A stretch of 64,000 nt of DNA from Octopus sinensis (taxonomy: Eukaryota). A program made the position numbers and the translations under genes. The stretch spans positions 5,084,001-5,148,000 of the forward strand of contig NC_043020.1 in the NCBI RefSeq assembly GCF_006345805.1, written 5' to 3'. Below the pieces are notes generated by a model. It did not search any database. It saw nothing but the letters and a program-made list of their open reading frames with translations, and was not told where the DNA came from. The first letter of the stretch is position 1, and each line of letters begins with the position of its first letter. Shown one piece after another: positions 53,996-64,000 of this stretch.

Positions 53996-54040
<45 letters not shown>

Positions 54041-54041
54041 G

Positions 54042-54072
<31 letters not shown>

Positions 54073-54137
54073 GTTTGCCCCCCTCGCCATCGCTTGACAA
54101 CCGATGCTAACGTTTCTGCCAGCACACCGACTTGATG

Positions 54138-54203
<66 letters not shown>

Positions 54204-54231
54204 TAATATAATAATAATAATAGCACATACA

Positions 54232-57200
54232 TATAAAATATGGAAGGAAAATCACATACATATAAAATATGGAAGGAAAATAATAGAGACACATACATAT
54301 AAAATATGGAAGGAAAATAATAGAGATTTAGACTTGGATACAGCAATGAACCCTAATAAATTAGCTAACGTACGAAGATACATTCTCAACACCAAAAAAT
54401 ATCAGAAATAGAAATAGAACACCTAAAAGAAAACATACACCAGGAAAATGTAGATAGAAGCCACACAACAATGCCCAATATATAAACACTGAAACTGTAA
54501 AACACGAAGACAAACGCAACATTCCCAACAAACACGATGTAAACAACGAAGGGGAGCCTAATGATTATGATAATATAAAAAATAAAATAATCAAAGAACT
54601 AAAAACCACAGAGCTCAAAATGGACCACCGACCATACCTCCCAAGAATAAAAATAAACGCAATAACAACACCAGTTATAAACAACATAAACCTAGCCGTC
54701 ACTGAACTAGCCACTGAAACAAAAAAAAGTGATATCACTGAACTAAATGACTTGATATACGCAGCAGCCACTGCAGCCACAAAAGAAGCTGGATACTCAC
54801 CCAAACCCGCCCAAACAGGAGTACCACCACCCAAACAAACCCTGTGGATAAATAACATCCAAAACAAAATAAAAAAAATTAGAAAAGACCTGTCGATTCT
54901 TAATGAAATCAGCAAACAAGCAACGCTACTGAGCAACAAAAAGAGAACAAAAATGCTCCGCAAATATAACACCACAGAAAAAGATTTGCCGGAGATAAAA
55001 GAAAAGCTGAAGCAAGATATCCTTGCCAAAGCTCAAAGGATCCGCCGGTACGAGAAACGCCAACGCTTCTTTGAACAGAACAAAAAGTTCAACTCCGACC
55101 CCAAAAAGTTCTACCAAGAACTGGGCAAAAATAAAATAGAAGTCACTGCAGCACCAACGGCAGAAGAATTGGAAGAATTCTGGGGAGAAATATGGTCGGC
55201 GAACGAACCACCAAAAAAAAGAGTATCAAAATAACAAACTCGGCATCTGAACAAACTTGGACCCCCATAACAACTGAAGAGGTCACCCAGGCACTGCAAA
55301 GACTAAGCAACTGGAAGGCACCTGGGCATGACAAGATCCCCAACTTCTGGTTGAAATATCTAACAGGAATGCACAAAAAGCTGGCTGAAAACTTTAACAA
55401 CGTACTAGCAGAGCCAGAGACAATGCCTGAATGGCTCACGAAGGGGAAAACCATCTTAATTCCCAAATCAAATGAAACAGAAAAACCAGAAAACTACAGA
55501 CCAATAACCTGCCTCCCTACTATGTTCAAGGCATTTACTGCAGTGATATCACAAAGGCTGAACAAGCACCTGGACGAATACAAACTGTTCACAGAAGAGC
55601 AGAAAGGATGCCGCAAAGGCTCATATGGCTGTAAAGATCAACTAATGATTAATAAAGCCATAACTGAAGACAGCCACAGAAAGAAGAAAGGCCTCAGTAT
55701 GGCCTGGATTGACTACAAAAAGGCGTTTGATAGCATCCCCCACACATGGATCCTCGAAACACTAGCCATTAACAAAGTAGCACCAACAATCATAAAATTC
55801 ATAGAGCACTCTATGAATAAATGGCAAACAGTCCTACACCTCCAAACAAAAGAGGGACTCATGAAAACCAAAGACATCCCCATTAGAAGAGGAATATTCC
55901 AGGGAGACACGCTCTCTCCACTCCTTTTCTGCTTGGCACTGTCACCTCTATCTGATATGCTAAATAGAACTGGATGCGGATATAAATGTTACGGCAAAAC
56001 GATCAGCCAGCCACCTTTTATATATGGATGACCTAAAACTATACGCTGCAAATGACAAACAGCTGGAAACACTATTAAAGACAGTTCATGGATTTACCAA
56101 AGAAATAGATATGAAATTTGGATTAGAAAAATGCGCCAAAGTAACCATGAAAAGAGGAAAACTAGTTAAGAGTAACAACATCACACTAGATGAAGCAAAT
56201 GAAATAAAAGAATTAGACCAAAGCCAAACTTACAAATACTTAGGAATCCATGAACTAGATAAGACACAACACACCAAATGAAAGAGAAAATAAAAAAAGA
56301 ATATTATAGACGAGTTAGATCAATACTAAACACAGAGCTCAATGCTAAAAACAAGATAATAGGTATCAACACTTTAGCTGTCCCAGTTATAAGTTACAGC
56401 TACAATATCCTTAACTGGACACGAAATGAACTGACAAAATAGACAGGAAAACAAGAAAAATAATGACAGGATCTAGGATGCATCACCCAAAATCTGACAT
56501 AGAAAGACTATATATACAACGTAGGGAAGGTGGTAGAGGCCTTATACAGCTGGAAAACTACTATAAAATAACCACCATAGGACTGCAAAAATATCTACTT
56601 CAGAAGGAAGGAAAACTGATCCAGATAGCGGCAAAACACGAGCAAAACAAAAACTGTTCTCAGTATTTAAGGAAGCTGACAAATACAAACAAGAAATCAT
56701 ACCACCTAATAAACATGAAGAAGGAGAAGAAGAAGATGAAGAAACAACAAAAGCTATAAAAAAAATGAAATCCAAACTAAAAATAGAACAGCAACGAACC
56801 ATGATAAAACGATGGCAAGAAAAGCCCCTTCATGGTAAATACTGGACTAAACTAAACGCAAAAGAAATAGACAAAGAAAAATCCCAGCAATGGTTGAGAA
56901 GCTCAGGACTCAAAGCAGAAACAGAGGGATTTTTAATTGCAGCACAAGACCAAAGCCTCCCCACCAGAATTACCAAAAACATGTAATGAAAAGAAATATT
57001 ACAAGTAACTGCAGAATATGTGGAGATGACAAGAAACAATAAATCATATTATCTCTAGCTGCCCAGTCCTGGCTAAGAAGGAATATATTCACAGACATGA
57101 CAGAGTTGGAACTTACATACATTGGAAGCTATGCCAACATTATGGAATAACAACAGAAAAAAGATGGTATAGGCACACACCAGAAAAGGTCACAGAAAAC

Positions 57201-57680
57201 GAGAAAGCAACCATACTCTGGGATATGCCGATACACACAGATAGAGAATTAAGGCCAACAGACCAGATATAGTTGTCAGAGACCATGAAGAAAAAAAATG
57301 CTTTCTAATTGATGTATCAGTACCGGCAGATGACAACGTGTCTCTAAAAGAAATGGAGAAACTCTCAAAATACAAAGACCTGGAAATAGAGGTAACTAGA
57401 ATGTGGAATCTGAAAACAGAAACAATTCCTATCATAGTAGGTGCATTAGGCATGATAAAAAAATATTCAGACAAATACATAACAAAAACACCAGGACTTA
57501 CAAACACATATAACATACAGAAAATTGCACTACTAGGCACTGCACACATCCTACGCAGAACACTTTCCATACAATAACCATCAGAGCATCACAACAAATC
57601 ACAGCACATACCCAAGGCACACAGAGCTGCGCTCGGTAGTGAAGTGAAAGCACGCTATAAAAATAAAAATAAAACTACTG
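54232..57680 (+). mobile_element. R4/Dong-clade non-LTR retrotransposon (RT + CCHC + restriction-like endonuclease), near-full-length, frameshifted
   Basis: KAPGHDKIPNFWLK, YRPITCLPT, EEQKGCR, WIDYKKAFDS, GIFQGDTLSPLLF, YMDD (56021-56032), RLY..R.EGGRGL, CX2CX8HX4C (57010-57062), RPD (57260-57268) ...IDVSVP...EK..KY; (TAA)n on both sides. Confidence 0.9.
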
Positions 57681-57696
57681 AATAATAATAATAATA

Positions 57697-57746
<50 letters not shown>

Positions 57747-57930
57747 TCGTTCGTTTATTGGCCACAAGGGCTAACAAAAAATCAATTAAAACATAAATGG
57801 ACAAAACACAGGACGAAAGTTACAAAGGGTTTTGTCCGTTTGAAGGGGGGGGTTAGAGAGACCCTTTCTCCTTTAACAACATCGAAAAATATCTTAGGAA
57901 TGAGAACCCGGGTTCGAAATTTCCCCCCAA

Positions 57931-57976
57931 GACACCTGATGAATGCTGGAGGTTATATCAGCCGAAACGTTGTGTT
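57931..57976 (+). ncRNA. Minimal hammerhead-like motif in a short repeat tail (57862-58075)
   Basis: GACAC-CUGAUGA-A-UGCUG GAGGUUAUAU CAGCC-GAA-ACGU-U-GUGUU; paralog at 59611-59650(-) has G at 10.1 but a decayed GAAA. Confidence 0.65.
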
Positions 57977-58143
57977 AACAACAAACGAGATGAGGAAAAA
58001 TATTCGTCAAATGTAAATAATGTAAATAATGTGAATAATGTACATAATTCCTCATCTCTTAAATATAGAACTGTATCGTTAACCTAATTATAATAGAAGC
58101 TTTAGGAAGAGTTGCCTGAAGTTTGAATGGGCGAATATAGATG

Positions 58144-58631
58144 ACATGCATAAGATCTGGTCATCAAATCTAAGTAGAGACTTCAAACTTGAAATATTCA
58201 AAGCCAAGTCGAACCAATTCTACTATATGGCTCAGAAACCTGGACGTTATCAAAGAAGCTTGAGAGGCGGTTGGATGGAACCTACACTCGCCTCCTTATG
58301 AGAGCTCAAAATCTCTCGTGGAGGCGCCATCCAACTAAAATGCAAATATATGGGAAACTACCACCTGTGTCATCTCTTGTGAAAGGTAGAAGAGTCCAGT
58401 TTGCTGGACATTGTTGTAGAGCTGAAAAAGAAGTAATTTCTACTCTTCTCCTCTGGAAGCCATCTACTCGCAACACCAGAGGGCGCACACTCTCCTACCC
58501 TGATGTAATCTCCAGAGATACAGGCATCCAGCAACAGGACCTCCGTAATGCTATGATGGACCGTGAAGTCTGGCGCAACATGGTAAATTCCATTGTCTCG
58601 ACCACGGTCGAACAATGATGATGATGATGAT
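58144..58631 (+). mobile_element. RTE-type LINE, 5'-truncated, with (TGA)n tail and 11-bp TSD
   Basis: Encodes PILLYGSETWTL..LE..LDG.YTRLL...RRVQFAGHC...DREVWR; TSD GAATATAGATG at 58133-58143 and 58632-58642. Confidence 0.88.
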
Positions 58632-59068
58632 GAATATAGATGTTGAATATCGAGAAGAATTTCCGGATTTTGCTGAAAGTTCGTTGGCTTGGCAGAGGAT
58701 GGATTATAAGGGAGGTGTTGGATAGATAAGCTGCAGGATGCAGGATACAGCTGGGATAACTATCAATCCAATCTCTCAGCAGAACAACAATGAATACACA
58801 CACACACACACACATATATTTGTGTGTGTGTGTGTGTGTGTGTGTTTGTACATAAACATATATATTTAGACATACTCTTTTACTTGTTTCAGTCATTTGA
58901 CTGCAGCCATGCTGGAGCACCGCGTTTTAGTCGAGCAAATCGACCCCGGGACTTTTTCTTTGTAAGCCCAGTACTTATTCTATCGGTGTCTTTGGCCGAA
59001 CCACTAAGTGACGGGGACGTAAACACACCAGCATCGGTTGTCAAGTACACACACACACACACACACAC

Positions 59069-59100
<32 letters not shown>

Positions 59101-59230
59101 CATATATATACGACGGGCTTCCTTCAGTTTCCGTCTACGAAATCCACTCACAAGACTTTGGTTGGCCCGAGGCTAAAGTAGAAGACACTTGCCCAAGGTG
59201 CCACGCAGTTTATCACACAACCACTCCACC

Positions 59231-59279
<49 letters not shown>

Positions 59280-59589
59280 ATATATACGTCTGTAGACACA
59301 CACACAATGCTATACATATATGTATGTATATGTGTGTGTTGTGTGTGTATGAGTGTATGTATACACAAACACAAACACACACACATGTATATAGTTTACT
59401 GTTTAGTTCTTAGAAGGGTCAACAGCATAAAAAGCACTGCATCCGGTGAGAGATAAACCTATTCGCATTACACAGCATTTGAATTTAAGCTATTAATAGT
59501 TTCATGCCATAGAAACGCAATAATTTAACCGATGTCACGTCTTGAGCTTCCTAGAAATCCATCAAGCTCAAATACGCAACATGGCTTGT

Positions 59590-59778
59590 CTTACATTATT
59601 TACATTTGGCAATGTTTTGGCTGATATTCCATCCAGCCTTCATCAGGTATCTTGGGGGAAATTTCGAACCTGGGTTCTCATTCCTAAGGTATTTTTTGAT
59701 ATAACTATTTAACCTTATAAAAAGACGGTATTCTTTGTCTGTCTCTTCTATGTTTGGCCCCCTGTGGGCAATGAAGAA

Positions 59779-59839
<61 letters not shown>

Positions 59840-59935
59840 TAATAATTATTATTATTCAGGTCACTGCCTGGAATCGAACTCGGAGTCTTGGGGTTAGTAG
59901 CCCGCGCTCTTAACCACTACGCTATATGCTCGTGG
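59590..59935 (-). mobile_element. Composite repeat: tRNA-like head (59853-59935) + (AAT)n + hammerhead-bearing tail
   Basis: Head TAGCGTAGTGGTTAAGAGCGCGGGCTACTAACCCC...GAGTTCGATTCC; tail matches 57862-58075; a family-B SINE fragment lies between them. Confidence 0.55.
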
Positions 59936-60107
59936 GCTGGTCTTATTTGAAAAACCGATTAAATTGCCCTGTTCTATGAGAAAACACAGAAAAAAAAAAC
60001 TGTTTTGAGCGTGAACGATTGCTAGGAGACATCAGGCTTGATATATAAATCTTCCGAATTATTGTGCCTCCACAGCATGAAACTATTTGTAACATGAATT
60101 TAAATAA

Positions 60108-60489
60108 GAAGCACTCCGTCGGTTACGACGACGAGGGTTCCGGTTGATCCGAATCAACGGAACAGCCTGCTCGTGAAATTAACGTGTAAGTGGCTGAGCA
60201 CTCCACAGACACGTGTACCCTTAACGTAGTTCTCGGGGATATTCAGCGTGACACAGAGAGTGACAAGGCCGGCCCTTTGAAATACAGGTACAACAGAAAC
60301 AGGAAGTAAGAGTGAGAGAAAGTTGTGGTGAAAGAGTACAGCAGGGATCACCACCATCCCCTGCCGGAGCCTCGTGGAACTTTTAGGTGTTTTCGCTCAA
60401 TAAACACTCACAACGCCCGGTCTGGGAATCGAAACCGCGATCCTATGACCGCGAGTCCGCTGCCCTAACCACTGGGCCATTGCGCCTCC
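60108..60489 (-). mobile_element. tRNA-headed SINE family D, full-length
   Basis: Near-identical to 5738-6110. Confidence 0.88.
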
Positions 60490-61029
60490 ACTATGTATTT
60501 AAATACTCTGTATACTAAATGAAATATTTATATGTATATCTAATTGCGACCGAAGCAGTCTTAATATCGAAATGCAGTCTTGATCTCTAGCTTAGCGTGG
60601 AGGTCGTGCTTGGACACAGATTTCTGCATTATTTACCTTGGGAAAATCTCTTATGGGACTTGCAGTGCATAAAAGCACTCAAAATTATATCGTTGACAGA
60701 CGAAAATCGTTTGCTACGGCTTCTGCAACTGTCAGATCCCGTGATTTCACCCTACTATGGGTTCCTCAGTGATAGTTGTCCAGCAGCGCGATAGCAGTCG
60801 AATTTCCCGTCAGCGATACACAGAATCTCGGTGTCTATTTAGGCACAACTGTCGCAAGTAGCCAGTGGACTTATTAAAAAGATAATTAATTGTGATAGAA
60901 GCAGTATTAATTAATGTCAAAATGTAATCTCGATCTTCAGCTGAACGTGGTAAAAGTAAATAACGCAGGGATGGGCACGGTTGGAAACTTTCGATTTTAG
61001 TTATGCTTGAAAAATATTGACATGGGGCT

Positions 61030-62295
61030 CAACAAGTTTGGCTTCCTCCTCCTCTTCCTCCTCCCTCCTCCTCCTCCTCCTCCCACTCTTCCTCCTCCTC
61101 CAACCACTGTACCTAAGTTCCTTCTGATATTCTGAACACCTCTTACCTTCTTTCCCCCTCCTCCTTCACCAGTTCATCTCCTTCTACTCATCCCTTACCT
61201 CTTCCTTCTTTCCCCTGTCTACCTCTATCTATCTCTCATCCTCTGTTTGCTTCTCACTCTTCTTCTCTCTTATCGTTCACCTGCCCTTCCTTTATCTCCA
61301 CCCATACCTCCCCCTTACTCTCCCTCATTTTCTCTCCTCCTCTCTCATCTCTCTCTTCCATTCTCTGCCTGTCTCTCACTCTTCCTCTCTCTTATCGTTC
61401 ACCTGTCCTTTTTTTATCTCTTTCTCACTCTCTTTCCCCTCTATCCCCCTCTCTCATCCTGTCTCTCTCTCATCCTCTGCCTATCTCTTACTCTTCCTCT
61501 TTCTTATCGTTTATCTGTCCTTTTATCTCCGCCCGTATCTCTTCCTCCCTCTCTCATCTTCTCTCTCTCTCTAATCCTTCGTTTGTCTCTCACTCTTCCT
61601 CTCTCTTATCGTTCACCTGTCCTTTTATCTCTGCCCATATCTCCTTCTCCCGCTCTCCCCCTCTCTTCTCCTCTCTCCCTTCTCTTCCCTTCTCTCCCCT
61701 CTCTTCCCCTCTCTCATCTTCTCTCTCTCCCATCCTCCGCTTGTCTCCCACTCTTCCTCTCTCTTATCGTTCCCCTGACCTTCTTTTATCTCCGCCTATA
61801 TCTCTCCCTCACCCTCTCTCCCCGTCTCTCATCTTCTCTCTCTCCTATCCTCTGCTTGTCTCTCACTCTTCCCCTCTCTCATCATGTCTCTCCCCCATCC
61901 TTTGCCTGCCTCTAACTCTTCCTCTCTCTTATCATTCACCTGTCCTTTTACCTCTGTCCATTTATCTCTCCCCCGCCTCTCTCTCTCTCTCCCCGCCTCT
62001 CTCTCTCTTTGCTCCTTCACTTACTTTATTACTCTTCTCCATCTTCTCATGAGATTTTCTACAGCCTTTCGTCATCTTTTATTAACCTCTTACTCTTTCG
62101 TCCCCCCCTCTCTCTTCCACCTCTCTTTCCATCTTTTACCTTTCTCTCCTCCCCCACCAACTCATCCTTCTGTATCTCCCTCTCTTTCTAACTCTCTTAT
62201 TTCTCTCTCCCTCTTTTATTCTCCTCTTTCACCTCACCGTTCACTTTCAGCATTTCTCTTCATACTTTCGTCTCTCCCACTCCCGCTCCTACCCC
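61030..62295. repeat. Long polypyrimidine low-complexity tract with degenerate subrepeats (CTCTCTTATCGTTCACCTGTCC)
   Basis: Seen directly in the sequence. Confidence 0.9.
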
Positions 62296-62393
62296 CTTGC
62301 TACGGCTTCTGCAACTGTCAGATCCCGTGATTTCACCCTGCTATGGGTTCCTCAGTGACAGTTGTCCAGCAGCGCGTTAACAGTCTCTCTCAA

Positions 62394-62620
62394 TATTCTC
62401 TGTCGAAGATCATAGGCTCGAAACGTCAAAGACATTTCCATTCTTCCCAAGCGTCAAACAAATAATCCTTGCTTCTCGTTCCCTCACCTGTCTTCGTCTT
62501 TCTGTAGAAGAGCGTAGGCTCGAAACGTAAAAGACTTTTTCTATTCCTGAGCGTTATACTAATACATCTGTTTGTTTTGTACACCACTGTCTTCGTCTTG
62601 TTTTTTTCGTAAACTCTCCC
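62394..62620 (+). ncRNA. Two tandem minimal hammerhead-like motifs (cores at 62400 and 62502) in a (TA)n-anchored repeat
   Basis: CUGUCGA-A-GAUC AUAG GCUC-GAA-ACGU-C and GUCUUU-CUGUAGA-A-GAGC GUAG GCUC-GAA-ACGU-A-AAAGAC. Confidence 0.65.
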
Positions 62621-62624
62621 TATA

Positions 62625-62668
<44 letters not shown>

Positions 62669-62881
62669 TATATATATATATATATATAACAGGAAAGTAA
62701 ACACATAATGTGAACAAGGTGGAAAAAAAAGAGTACTCAAATACCAGTGGTAGAGTAATATGCTTTATTTAAAGCAGCAGAAAATCTACAAAACCTGTTA
62801 CTCTGAATTTCACGTTAGAGTAACAGGTTTTGTAGAATTTTCTGCTGCTTTAAATAAAGTATATATATATATATATATATA

Positions 62882-63263
62882 CAAGGTGATTCACAAGTCG
62901 CCATATATAGGAATGATTTATCTTTTTATAAGAAAGTTTATAAGAACAGTTTTTTTATTATTATTTAACAGGCTCTATATGGTTACCATTGTTTTGAATA
63001 CACATTGCAATACGTTTACCCCGCTCATTGTGAACTTGTAATTGCACATCTGGTGGTAAGTGCCCCAATGAGTTGGTGATGCATTTCTTTAAATGATTTA
63101 TGTCTTTTATCTTGCTGCGATACACCATGCCTTTCAAATGCCCCCAAAGATAGAAATCAAGAGGGGTCAGATCAGGGGATCTAGGGGATGTAGGGGATCT
63201 TATAAACTGTTTCTTATAAAAAAAAAAATTTCTCTTATGTATGGAAACTTTTGAATCACCCTG
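62882..63263 (-). mobile_element. Internally deleted Tc1/mariner element keeping the transposase C-terminus
   Basis: TIRs CAAGGTGATTCACAAGT / ACTTTTGAATCACCCTG with TA; minus strand encodes RSPDLTPLDFYLWGHLKGMVY. Confidence 0.8.
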
Positions 63264-63271
63264 TATATATA

Positions 63272-63309
<38 letters not shown>

Positions 63310-63964
63310 TAAGTACGCAACTGGTACTTAATTTAAAGGCAAAGTCGACATCGGCGAAATTTGGAACTCAGAACGTAATGACAGATGAAATACCTATTTC
63401 TCTACTACTCACAAGGGGCTAAACACAGAGGGGACAAACAAGGACAGACAAACGGATTAAGTCCATTATATCGACCCCAGTGCGTAACTGGTACTTAATT
63501 TTATCGACCCCCTAAAGGATGAAAGGCAAAGTCGACCTCGGTGGAATTTGAACTCAGAACGTAACGGCAGACGAAATACGGCTACGCATTCGCCCGGCGT
63601 GCTAACGTTTCTGCCAGCTCGCCGCCTAATCGGTCGGACACATTAATATAATTTTACTCAAATACTTTAACAGAGCAAGAAAGCTGGCAGAAACGTTAGC
63701 GCGCCGGGCAAAATGCTTAGCAGTATTTCATCTGCCGCTACGTTCTGAGTTCAAATTCCGCCAAGGTCGACTTTGCCTTTCATCCTTTCGGGGTCGATAA
63801 ATTAAGTACCAGTTGCCTACTGGAGTCGATTTAATCGACTTAATCCCTTTGTCTGTCCTTGTTTGTCTCCTCTATGTTTAGCCCCTTGTGGGCAATAATA
63901 AAGAAATAAGGAAGCTCATGGCTAAGTATGGTCATAGATATTGTCAAGACATTAGTAGTAAAAT

Positions 63965-64000
<36 letters not shown>

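Noticed and set aside
59853-59935. tRNA genes (also SINE heads at ~6040-6110, 32148-32220, 51295-51370, 60420-60489)
   Set aside because: A/B boxes are present but the acceptor stems are incomplete and the heads run into repeat bodies; treated as SINE heads.

Overview
Eukaryotic, AT-rich genomic DNA saturated with microsatellites and repeats. The repeat families and architecture point to an octopus/coleoid cephalopod (inference). There is one clear protein-coding gene: the last 8 coding exons of OXCT1/SCOT (succinyl-CoA:3-ketoacid CoA transferase) on the + strand (864-16772). Its phase-1 intron 3321-4944 has all the signals of a U12 (minor spliceosome) GT-AG intron. The remaining ~47 kb holds several tRNA-headed SINE families, Tc1/mariner, hAT and Helitron derivatives, CR1, RTE and Tx1/L1 fragments, a near-full-length R4/Dong-type retrotransposon sitting in a (TAA)n tract, and a 48-bp minisatellite. 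The most unexpected signal is a set of about 10 small hammerhead-ribozyme-like motifs from at least 6 unrelated short repeat families. Most have a palindromic stem III (dimer type), many sit in fold-back inverted repeats or next to (TA)n, and several have non-standard cores (G3-C8 swap, A6U, U10.1-A11.1, an extra base after A9). One appears linked to a tRNA-like head. This fits Penelope-like element (PLE) termini or retrozyme-like SINEs, but no PLE RT/GIY-YIG ORF is visible here and no cleavage activity has been shown. Coordinates were counted by hand: exon and ribozyme limits to the base, repeat limits approximate.
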